DNA of 64,000 bases from the NCBI GenBank assembly GCA_044340025.1, contig JBIIUJ010000001.1:6726-70725 (forward strand), given 5' to 3'. Below, piece by piece: positions 39,440 through 47,370 of this stretch (positions are counted from its first letter, which is position 1; every line of letters starts with the position of its first letter). Origin of the DNA: Caulobacterales bacterium. Lineage in GTDB: Bacteria; Pseudomonadota; Alphaproteobacteria; Caulobacterales; Aquidulcibacteraceae. Position numbers and translations under genes: made by a program. Below the pieces are notes generated by a model. That model searched no databases, was not told the DNA's origin, and saw nothing but the letters and a program-made list of their open reading frames with translations.

Positions 39440-40185
39440 GCCGCCGCCCAGGCCTTGAAATCTTCAGTTTCCCGAAACGACAGCACCTGACCTGTCGTGC
39501 CCCAACCGGCCGCCAGCATCCGCACGATCATGGGCGCAAGCGCCTCCGGCCGCGGCAGGCTGGCTGGATCTTCGCCCGGAAACGCCTCGGCCCGCATGCG
39601 TGTGGCGACACCCCCCGGGTTGAGAAGGTTCACCCGCATGCCGAGAAAGTCCGTCTCGGCCGCGTAGGATTTCACGAGCGCTTCAAGGCCCGCCTTGGAT
39701 GCCGCATACGGCCCCCAGAACGCACGCGCATCCGTCGCCACGTTCGAGGTCACAAAGAGCGCCCGCGCCGGCGCGCGCCCCGCGGGGCTGGCCGCCCGCA
39801 TCAGCGGATCGAGAGACCGGATCAGCCTGTAGGCCGCTGTCAGATTGGTCGCGATCACATTGTCCCAGGTCTGGGGACGCACATGGCCCACCGGCGACAG
39901 ACCGCCCAGAACGCCTGCTGCAACCAGCAGCGCATCGATCCGGCCATGACGTTCGAACAAAGCCGCGCCAAGCTGATCGATCGCCGCCCCATCTTTCAGA
40001 TCGAGCGGGACCAGCGTGAGGGACTGACCGCCGGCGCGCGCCTGATCGTCGAGCGCCTCCAACGCTTTCTGACTGCGCGCGCAGGCGATGACGCGATAGC
40101 CCGCCTTGGCCAGCGCCAGCGCGCCAGCTGCGCCAATCCCGCGCGAGGCGCCAGCGACCACGCAGACAGGAGCATCAGACGTCAT
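39403..40185 (-). CDS. SDR family oxidoreductase
   Basis: 260-aa C-terminal part of ORF 39403..41127 from ATG 40185. Motifs VAGASRGIG and YAASKAG. Its 3' end overlaps the convergent GT4 gene by 37 nt. Confidence 0.85.
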   Translation of the reverse strand: MTSDAPVCVVAGASRGIGAAGALALAKAGYRVIACARSQKALEALDDQARAGGQSLTLVPLDLKDGAAIDQLGAALFERHGRIDALLVAAGVLGGLSPVGHVRPQTWDNVIATNLTAAYRLIRSLDPLMRAASPAGRAPARALFVTSNVATDARAFWGPYAASKAGLEALVKSYAAETDFLGMRVNLLNPGGVATRMRAEAFPGEDPASLPRPEALAPMIVRMLAAGWGTTGQVLSFRETEDFKAWAAAQTGVSSPTPAA

Positions 40186-40193
40186 GGCGCGCC

Positions 40194-41720
40194 TCAGACG
40201 TCGGCGAGCAGCGAGAGCTGCGGTTCGCTGCGCGTAGACTGAGCGCGCTCGTAATCGACGAGCCGCGTCGGGTAATCGCCGGTGAAGCAGTGATCGGTGA
40301 AGGCAGGCCTGAACGGATCGCGCGGCGCAGCCTCCATCGCGGCGTAGAGGCCTTCCACAGAAAGGAAGCCGAGCGAATCGCTGCCCAGCATCTGTGTCAT
40401 GGCCGCGAGATCGAAATTGGCCGCCATCAGCTGCTTCTGATCCGGCATGTCGATGCCGTAGAAGTCCGGATGCAGGATTGGCGGGCTCGCCGAGCGCAAA
40501 TGCACCTCGGCGGCGCCCGCTTCGCGCACCAGTTGCACGATTTTCTTCGAGGTCGTTCCGCGCACGATGCTGTCGTCCACGAGCAGCACCCGCTTGCCTT
40601 CGACCAGTCGACGGTTGGCCGAATGCTTGAGCCGCACGCCAAAGGCGCGGATCGTCTGGGTGGGCTCGATGAAGGTGCGGCCCACATAGTGATTGCGCAC
40701 AATCCCCAGTTCGAACGGGATGCCGGAAGCCTCCGCAAAGCCCAGAGCGGCCGGCACGCCGGAATCGGGCACAGGCACGACGAGGTCCACGTCGGCGGGA
40801 TGTTCTTCCGCAAGCCGCCGTCCCATCGCCTTGCGCACCGCATAGACCGAACGGCCGTTCACGATGGAATCGGGCCGAGCGAAATAGACGTACTCGAACA
40901 GGCAGGGTCGAGCGGGCGTCGCGGGGAAGGGGCGCAGGCTTTCCACCCCGGCGTCCGAGATCACCACGATCTCGCCATTCTCGATGTCGCGGACGAACTT
41001 TGCGCCGATCATGTCCAGCGCGCAGGTTTCCGACGCAAGGATCGGCTTGCCATCGAGATCGCCCAGCACCAGCGGCCGGATGCCCAGCGGGTCCCGGGCG
41101 CCGATCAGCTTGCCATTGGTGAGACACACCAGCGCATATGCGCCTTCGATCTGGTCGAGCGCATCGATGAACCGATCGATCACCTTCGAGCGCTTCGAGC
41201 GCGCGATAAGTTGAAGAATCACCTCGGTATCGGAGGTGGACTGGAAGATGGCGCCCTGCTCCACAAGACGCTCGCGCAGGGCGCGCGCATTGGTCAGGTT
41301 GCCATTATGGCCCACGGCGAACCCGCCAAGCTGCAGGTCTGCAAACAGGGGCTGCACGTTGCGCAGCACTGTGGCGCCCTGTGTGGCGTATCGGACATGG
41401 CCAATCGCGCCGGCGCCCGGCAGCCGTTTCAGCAGGTCCGGGCCGGTGAAGTGATCGCCCACGAGGCCCATATGCCGCTCGACATGGAAACTTGCGCCAT
41501 CAAACGCGGCGATGCCGCATCCTTCCTGGCCGCGATGCTGAAGCGCATGCAGGCCCAGCGCGGTCAGGACCGCCGCCTCCGGGTGGCCCCAGACCCCGAA
41601 CACGCCGCATTCCTCGCGAAAGCGGTCGGTCTCGGCGTCAAACACCGCAAACGGGTCGGGCGGAAGAAAGTCCTGGCTCATCGGCGTCGTGTCCCAGTCC
41701 TTTGCGCGCCCGGTCAGCAT
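40194..41720 (-). CDS. purF: Amidophosphoribosyltransferase
   Basis: 508-aa ORF with the Ntn-type CGVFGV motif after an N-terminal leader and a PRTase motif VLLVDDSIVRGTT. The exact start (41720 or ATG 41681) is uncertain. Confidence 0.92.
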   Translation of the reverse strand: MLTGRAKDWDTTPMSQDFLPPDPFAVFDAETDRFREECGVFGVWGHPEAAVLTALGLHALQHRGQEGCGIAAFDGASFHVERHMGLVGDHFTGPDLLKRLPGAGAIGHVRYATQGATVLRNVQPLFADLQLGGFAVGHNGNLTNARALRERLVEQGAIFQSTSDTEVILQLIARSKRSKVIDRFIDALDQIEGAYALVCLTNGKLIGARDPLGIRPLVLGDLDGKPILASETCALDMIGAKFVRDIENGEIVVISDAGVESLRPFPATPARPCLFEYVYFARPDSIVNGRSVYAVRKAMGRRLAEEHPADVDLVVPVPDSGVPAALGFAEASGIPFELGIVRNHYVGRTFIEPTQTIRAFGVRLKHSANRRLVEGKRVLLVDDSIVRGTTSKKIVQLVREAGAAEVHLRSASPPILHPDFYGIDMPDQKQLMAANFDLAAMTQMLGSDSLGFLSVEGLYAAMEAAPRDPFRPAFTDHCFTGDYPTRLVDYERAQSTRSEPQLSLLADV

Positions 41721-41725
41721 GATCG

Positions 41726-42340
41726 CTAGCCGCCGGATGCTTGGTTCATAAGCTGATCTAGGCGTTCGCGATCGCGGGATGAATAGCCGCTCTCGGCTTC
41801 TGTCCCTTCTGCGGCCTTTTGCTCCGGAACCGGCTCATTGTCAGCGCTCTCCAGCGCAAGCGGGCTTCCCTCGGGCGCAAGGCTCGTCAGGGCCTCTGCG
41901 GTGAGGGCGGTCACAGGATAAAGCTGGGCTTCGGTCAGCCAGGCCGGCAGCTTGTCGGGCGGGGTCGCAGCGCGCAGGACCATCACCGCGACCGCCACGA
42001 TCAGAAGCCCGCGGGCCAGGCCGAACAAGCCGCCGGCGGTTCGGTCCAGCATGCCGACCGCCTGGCTCTGGTGGATCAGATTGTGAAGCTGGATCGTGAT
42101 CATCGTGACGATCACATAGACGATGAAAAACAGGCCCAAACCGGTCGCCACAGTCGCCAGCCAATCGGTTTCGATCCAGCCGCCCACGATCGGACGCGCG
42201 AGTGGATAGCCGTAGAGCGCCGCCGCGCCGCCTGCGATCAGGGCGGCGATCGAAAACACTTCGCGAACAAACCCGCGCGCGAAGGCAAGCAGGCCCGAGA
42301 CGCCCAGAATCGCCAAAGTCGTGACATCGAAGGCGGTCAT
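41726..42340 (-). CDS. cvpA: CvpA family membrane protein (colicin V production protein)
   Basis: 204 aa with 4 TM helices, in the conserved position upstream of purF. Confidence 0.85.
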   Translation of the reverse strand: MTAFDVTTLAILGVSGLLAFARGFVREVFSIAALIAGGAAALYGYPLARPIVGGWIETDWLATVATGLGLFFIVYVIVTMITIQLHNLIHQSQAVGMLDRTAGGLFGLARGLLIVAVAVMVLRAATPPDKLPAWLTEAQLYPVTALTAEALTSLAPEGSPLALESADNEPVPEQKAAEGTEAESGYSSRDRERLDQLMNQASGG

Positions 42341-42353
42341 GGCGATGTGTGTC

Positions 42354-43727
42354 TCATGCCCGGCCCTGCTTTTCCAGCAGCGAGATCAGGTCTGCGAGCG
42401 TGCGCAGCGGCCGGGCGGCGATCCCGGCCGGGGCTGCTTCGGTCAGATCCGAGGGGCCGATCGCCTCGCGAAACCCGAGTTTCAGCGCTTCCTTCAGCCG
42501 GGCGTCGGCGCGGCTGACCGGGCGGACGTCTCCGGAAAGCGCGATCTCCCCGAAAACGACGCTGGCGCGCGGCAAAGCGACGTCCATCAGGGCCGACGCC
42601 AGCGCCGCAGCGACGGCGAGGTCGGCGGCGGGTTCGCCCACGCGCAGGCCGCCGGCGATGTTCAGATAGACGTCGCGGCCGGCGAAGGAGAGACCGCAGC
42701 GCGTCTCCAGCACGGCAAGCACCATGGCCAGCCGGCCAGCGTCCCAGCCAACCACGGCCCGGCGCGGCGTGCCATAGGCCGCCGGCGCTGCGAGCGCCTG
42801 GATCTCGATCAGGATCGGGCGCGTTCCCTCCAGTCCTGCGAACACGGCCGATCCCGAAACCTCCTCCGGCCGGGCGTTCAAGAACAGGGATGAGGGATTG
42901 GCGACATCGCGCAGCCCCCGATCCCCCATCTCGAAAACGCCAATCTCATCTGTGGGTCCGAAGCGGTTCTTGAGAGCACGCAGAATGCGGAAATGATGGC
43001 CGCGCTCCCCCTCGAACTGGAGCACCGCATCCACAAGATGCTCCACCACGCGCGGGCCGGCGATCTGGCCGTCCTTCGTCACATGACCCACAAGCACCAC
43101 TGAGGCGCCGGAGCGTTTGGCGTAACGCACCAGCTCGTGGGCGCAGGCGCGCACTTGCGCCACGGTGCCGGGCGCGGCGCTCAGGCCTTCGCTCCAGAGC
43201 GTCTGGATGCTGTCGATGATGACGAAGTCGGGCTTGCTGGCCTTCAGTCCGTCCAGAATGGGGCCAAGGCTGGTCTCGGCGGCAAGCTGAACGGGCGCTT
43301 CAGCAAGCGCAAGGCGGCGCGCACGGTCCTGAATCTGTGCGGTTGCTTCCTCGCCCGAGACATAGATCACGCTCGCGCCGCTGCGGGCGAGGCCGGCTGC
43401 AGCCTGCAGCAGCAAGGTCGACTTGCCGATCCCCGGATCGCCGCCCACCAGGAGCGCGCTCGCCCGCACGACGCCGCCGCCGCACACCCGATCAAACTCG
43501 CCCACGCCCGTTTTCATGCGGTCTGGCGCCAAATCCGTCCCGTTTAGTGCGGTGAAGGACAGTTTGGCGGCGCGTGAACCGCTGCGGCTGGGCACGCCCG
43601 GCGGGGCGGCCTCCCGGGCCTCCTCCACGATCGTGTTCCACGCCCCACAGGCGTCGCACCGGCCCTGCCACTTGGCATGCGCCGCACCGCAGTTCTGACA
43701 GACGAAAACGCTTTCGGGCCGGGCCAT
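42354..43727 (-). CDS. radA: DNA repair protein RadA/Sms
   Basis: Zn-finger CQNCGA..CDACGAWNT, Walker A GDPGIGKST, KNRFG motif and a Lon-like C-terminal domain. Confidence 0.95.
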   Translation of the reverse strand: MARPESVFVCQNCGAAHAKWQGRCDACGAWNTIVEEAREAAPPGVPSRSGSRAAKLSFTALNGTDLAPDRMKTGVGEFDRVCGGGVVRASALLVGGDPGIGKSTLLLQAAAGLARSGASVIYVSGEEATAQIQDRARRLALAEAPVQLAAETSLGPILDGLKASKPDFVIIDSIQTLWSEGLSAAPGTVAQVRACAHELVRYAKRSGASVVLVGHVTKDGQIAGPRVVEHLVDAVLQFEGERGHHFRILRALKNRFGPTDEIGVFEMGDRGLRDVANPSSLFLNARPEEVSGSAVFAGLEGTRPILIEIQALAAPAAYGTPRRAVVGWDAGRLAMVLAVLETRCGLSFAGRDVYLNIAGGLRVGEPAADLAVAAALASALMDVALPRASVVFGEIALSGDVRPVSRADARLKEALKLGFREAIGPSDLTEAAPAGIAARPLRTLADLISLLEKQGRA

Positions 43728-43766
43728 GGTCCCAGTCTGGAGGGAGTCGCGGCCCGGCGGCAGGGC

Positions 43767-46592
43767 CTAGCTGGCAGTCCAGCTCAGCCGGCCGAACTCT
43801 CCATTGGCGCGCGGGTTGCCTGCGTCGGGCCGGAAGGCCTGCACGCGGCGGCGCACCGCCTCGCGATCGGCGGCGGAGAGCTCGGCCTCCAGCTCTGCGA
43901 GCTTGGCCTGGCTGTCCCGGTCGCCGCTGCGCGCCGCCACGCCGTACCAGAAGGCCGCCTCGGTCGGATTGCGGTCCATGCCGACGCCGTCCTCGTTCAG
44001 CGCGCCGAGGTTGAACTGGCTGTCGATCACGCCAAGCCGGGCTGCGCGGGTGAAGAGCTGGGCGGCAAGGCCGAGATCCTGCGGCGCGCCTTCGCCCTGG
44101 GCGGCGAAGACGGCGAGATTGTGGATCGCCTGGCGGTTGCCGGCGTCGGCGGCGCGCTGGGTCCAGCGCCGGGCCTCGGCGAGATCGCGCGGCACGCCCT
44201 CGCCGCGCTCATGCATCTTGGCGAGCCGGTACTGCGCCATGGCCAGCCCTTGTTCTGCGGCGCGGCGGATCAGCTCTGCGCCCTGTTCGGCAGCGCCGTT
44301 CTGCATGCGGGCCTGCCCGAGCTGGAATTGCGCCACTGGATCTCCGGCGGCTGCGGCGTCCTCCAGCGTGCGCGGGGCAGGGGCGGCGGCTGCGGCGGGG
44401 GCTTCGGCCTTGGGCGCGGCGACAGGCGCGGCCGCGCGCGGCGCAGAGGCCGGGGCCGGCGCCGGCCGTTGCGGGGCTACGCGGGGCCGGTCTGCTGGCG
44501 CTTGCTCCGGGCGCGAGGCAGCGGGGCGCGGCGGCGCGGTGACGGCCCGAGCGGCTGCGGGAGCCGCATCGGCCCCCGCACCATCAAAAGGGCGCGGTTC
44601 GGCCTCCGCCGGGGTCGTGGCTGGTTCCACGACGGCCGGCTCGGCCGGCGGCGGCGCCAGGGCCGAGGCCGGCAGAGCAGCCGGCGGCGGGCCCGCCGGC
44701 GCCGGGGCGGGCCGGTTGGTCGCAAGCAGACCCACAACGGCAAGCGCGGCAAGCGCCGCCCCGCCCGCCAGCGCAAGGGTGAGCGGCGAGACGCCGGCCT
44801 TGCCCGTCTTCTTGCGAGATCGAGGGCTCTTGCCGAGGCCTGCCGTGTCCGAGGCGTGCCCCCGTCTGCGCTTGGCCTGGTCCGGCCGGACCTGGCTTTC
44901 CATCGCCGCGCGCCGGGCGCGGGAGAGATAATCGCCGCGCTCGTCGTCGCGCGCTGTCGTCGGATCGGTTCTGAAGCCGTCCTCCTGATCGAGGGCGTCG
45001 ACCCAGCCGTCCTGATCCTGGGGGCCTTCCTCCACGCCGAACAGGGGCTCGGTGTCAGGGGCCACGAAGGCCTCGAAGTCGGGCTCCGCGCGCTGGTCAG
45101 CCCGCTCATCGTTGTCTGAAAACGCGGCCGGCTCGAACGGACCGAATGGGTCGTGGAGATCGGCTGCGGGCGCTGGGCGCGGATCGCTGTCCCAGCCCGC
45201 AAAAGCGGGCGCGGCAGCTTCCTGCGTCGGCGCCAGCGCCGGCGGCGCGGCATATGCGGGCGCAGGGGCAGGGGAAGGCGCGGCCCATCGTTCCGCCGCG
45301 GCGGCAAACTGCGCTCCGATCCGCTCGAGGGCGGAGGCGGTGCGCTGTTCGCTCTCGGCGAGGCTGGTCTCGAACCGCTCCGACAGCTTGGCGACCTGAT
45401 CGCCGACGACGGTCAGGGCGGCGGCCTCGCGCGCCTCGATCGCCTCCATCCGGCTTTCGATCCGGGTCGCGATCGCCTCCATGTCGGCGCGCAGATCATC
45501 GCTCTCGGCTGGCGCAGGCATGGTCTCCAGCGCGAGAAGGCGAGCCTCGAGCGCGGCGTTGGCGTTCGCCACTTCCGTGCGCAACGCGTCCACCGCGGCC
45601 AGATGGCGGCGCTCGGCGGCGTCCATGCTGTGATGCAGCTCGTTCAGGCCACGTTCGATCGGGCTTAGATCGGGCTCAGCGGGGGCAGGGGTCGGTGCCG
45701 GAATCTCGCGGCGCAGATCAGCCATGGCGCGCGCCACCTCGCCCGCGAGCGACTGAAAGCGTTTTTCCAGCAGATCCTTGAGGCGCGCCGTTGTGGCGCC
45801 GGGATCGACCGCATTGGCCTGATCCACCCGGTCGCGCAGCTTGCCGATCGCTTCTGCGAGCGTGGACAGCGCCTGTGTGTGTTCATCCTCCAGCCGGCTG
45901 ACCCGCTCCTGCACGTCGCGGGGCGCGGCCGCCGCGGCCTTGCGGGCCTCTTCCTCGCTGGACCGGCGCGCCTCGGCGAGGCCTGTCGTGAGGCGATCAT
46001 TGAGGCTGCTCATCTGGGTCTGGAGAGCGCCCAGCGCGACCGCAGCCTTGTCTTCGCTCTGCTGCACATGCGCCGCCAGCCGCGAGAGCGCCGTCTCGAG
46101 CGAACGCAGCGCCCCGATCGTCCGGGCCGGGGCGTCGTCTTCCTCCATCTGGCGCAAGCGATCGGCCAGCCCGACCTGAATGCCCTGCAGCTCCTGAAGG
46201 CCTGCTTCAACGCGCGACAGCGCCTCGGCGGCGGCCTTCTCGGATTGCTCCGCCCGCGCCGCGATACCGAGCACGGTGTGGTCCACCCCGGTCAGCGCGA
46301 GCGTGGAGCGCTGCTCGTTGGCGTCCAGCCTGCGGCTGATGCGATCGAGCGCCTGGGTGATGCGGCCGATCTCATCGGATGCATCCCGGTCGTCATAGGA
46401 GGGCGGGGCGTAGGATGGGAGGCGGCCAGACCCGAAGCCGGGCGGCGGCGGCGGCGCCTCCTGCTCCTCTTCGAGGATCATCCGATTGAGCCATTCGCCC
46501 AGAGTGAGGCCTTCGCGCCGGGCGAGGTCCTTGGCGGCGTCGCGCGCCCGCGGATCTATGCCCTTCACGCTCCACGGCGCCGCAGTGCTCAT
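43767..46592 (-). CDS. podJ: PodJ-like polar localisation factor (coiled-coil, TM, Pro/Ala-rich linker, Sel1 repeats)
   Basis: ATG 46592. N-terminus MSTAAPWSVKGIDPRARDAAKDLARREGLTLGEWLN is as I recall for PodJ homologs. Long coiled-coil, a single TM (LTLALAGGAALAALAVVGLLA) and C-terminal Sel1/TPR repeats. No obvious PG-binding domain at the C-terminus. Confidence 0.65.
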   Translation of the reverse strand: MSTAAPWSVKGIDPRARDAAKDLARREGLTLGEWLNRMILEEEQEAPPPPPGFGSGRLPSYAPPSYDDRDASDEIGRITQALDRISRRLDANEQRSTLALTGVDHTVLGIAARAEQSEKAAAEALSRVEAGLQELQGIQVGLADRLRQMEEDDAPARTIGALRSLETALSRLAAHVQQSEDKAAVALGALQTQMSSLNDRLTTGLAEARRSSEEEARKAAAAAPRDVQERVSRLEDEHTQALSTLAEAIGKLRDRVDQANAVDPGATTARLKDLLEKRFQSLAGEVARAMADLRREIPAPTPAPAEPDLSPIERGLNELHHSMDAAERRHLAAVDALRTEVANANAALEARLLALETMPAPAESDDLRADMEAIATRIESRMEAIEAREAAALTVVGDQVAKLSERFETSLAESEQRTASALERIGAQFAAAAERWAAPSPAPAPAYAAPPALAPTQEAAAPAFAGWDSDPRPAPAADLHDPFGPFEPAAFSDNDERADQRAEPDFEAFVAPDTEPLFGVEEGPQDQDGWVDALDQEDGFRTDPTTARDDERGDYLSRARRAAMESQVRPDQAKRRRGHASDTAGLGKSPRSRKKTGKAGVSPLTLALAGGAALAALAVVGLLATNRPAPAPAGPPPAALPASALAPPPAEPAVVEPATTPAEAEPRPFDGAGADAAPAAARAVTAPPRPAASRPEQAPADRPRVAPQRPAPAPASAPRAAAPVAAPKAEAPAAAAAPAPRTLEDAAAAGDPVAQFQLGQARMQNGAAEQGAELIRRAAEQGLAMAQYRLAKMHERGEGVPRDLAEARRWTQRAADAGNRQAIHNLAVFAAQGEGAPQDLGLAAQLFTRAARLGVIDSQFNLGALNEDGVGMDRNPTEAAFWYGVAARSGDRDSQAKLAELEAELSAADREAVRRRVQAFRPDAGNPRANGEFGRLSWTAS

Positions 46593-46700
46593 ACGAATCG
46601 CGCTCCTTGCGTGTGCGAGGCTAGGCAGGGTGCTGAGTCGGGGCAAGAAAACCCGAATTCGCCTGATCGCCCCCCTCCCGCCAAGACGCCGCTGCATTGG

Positions 46701-46716
46701 TTAACCAGTCGTTAAC
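46701..46716. promoter_or_regulatory. Full CtrA box TTAA-N7-TTAAC in the podJ/merR divergent region
   Basis: TTAACCAGTCGTTAAC read directly, about 110 bp upstream of the podJ ATG. GANTC sites lie at 46595..46599 and 46635..46639. Confidence 0.45.
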
Positions 46717-46749
46717 ACCCCTTAACGGGCCTGGCGCCGCTGCGCGCAT

Positions 46750-46767
46750 CTTGACGTTAACGTAAGG
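46750..46767. promoter_or_regulatory. Imperfect 18-bp palindrome with perfect ACGTTAACGT core overlapping a TTGACG -35 (candidate MerR/LiuR operator)
   Basis: CTTGACGTTAACGTAAGG, 42 bp upstream of the MerR-family ATG. Confidence 0.4.
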
Positions 46768-46808
46768 TGCGGCTAGGGAATGGAGGCTTCGATATGGGAG
46801 GCCTCGCC

Positions 46809-47294
46809 ATGACGCAGAGTCCGAAGGACCGGTCCTGGAGCATAAGCCAGCTTGCGCGAGAGTTCGGCGTCACCGCGCGCGCTCTACGGTTCTATGAGGA
46901 CAAGGACCTGCTTCATCCGGCGCGCGACGGGATGAACCGGATCTTTTCGTCTCGTGATCGCGCCCGGCTTCAGCTGATCCTGCGCGGAAAGCGCGTCGGG
47001 TTCACGCTGGAAGAGATCCGCGAGATCCTCGACCTCTATGACCTGCATGACGGCCAGCAAGCCCAATTGCGCGTGTCCCTGGTGAAGTTTCGCGAGCGGG
47101 TTCAGATCCTGGAACGTCAGCGCGAGGACATCGCCGGCGCGATCGAAAACCTGCACGAGCGCATCGCCTGGATCGAAAGCAAGCTCGCGACGAACGCCAG
47201 CGCGGAAGAGGCCTCCGCGCGCGCGTTCGATACGTTGGCGCGCACCCGCCTGGCCGGCATGGCCGGCGAAGCGGCCCTGGACGACCAACCCTGA
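46809..47294 (+). CDS. MerR family transcriptional regulator (LiuR-like, heads an acyl-CoA dehydrogenase operon)
   Basis: ATG 46809 after a GGGAGG SD. HTH ISQLAREFGVTARALRFYEDKDLLHP and a coiled-coil dimerisation helix. Confidence 0.85.
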   Translation: MTQSPKDRSWSISQLAREFGVTARALRFYEDKDLLHPARDGMNRIFSSRDRARLQLILRGKRVGFTLEEIREILDLYDLHDGQQAQLRVSLVKFRERVQILERQREDIAGAIENLHERIAWIESKLATNASAEEASARAFDTLARTRLAGMAGEAALDDQP

Positions 47295-47322
47295 TCCCTT
47301 AACCCCCCTGATCCCTTAACCC
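47289..47322 (+). repeat. Perfect tandem duplication, 2 x 17 bp (CCCTGATCCCTTAACCC)
   Basis: Read directly. The first copy contains the MerR stop codon TGA (47292..47294). Confidence 0.9.
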
Positions 47323-47370
47323 CACAGACCCGCAGGCGCACGACCGAGATGCGCCGCCCGGAGGACAGCC

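Noticed and set aside
40186-41127. N-terminal 314 aa of ORF 39403..41127 (-). The same pattern of N-terminal extension occurs in ORFs 57806..58867, 23879..24703, 3769..5325, 33761..35707, 26701..27723, 52735..53280, 50820..51554 and 55564..56082.
   Set aside because: The extensions run through neighbouring genes out of frame or through the intergenic repeats. Homology-like sequence and SD motifs start at the internal ATGs used in the feature table.
44380-44760. Apparent tandem or low-complexity DNA repeats (GCC/CCG-rich) inside the podJ-like gene.
   Set aside because: These correspond to the Pro/Ala-rich periplasmic linker (PAPAPA.., AAPVAAPKAEAPAAAAAPAP). This is compositional low complexity, not a discrete repeat element.
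46712-46726. A second CtrA box formed by TTAA (46712) and TTAA (46722).
   Set aside because: The spacing is N6, not the required N7. Only the 46701..46716 pair fits the consensus.
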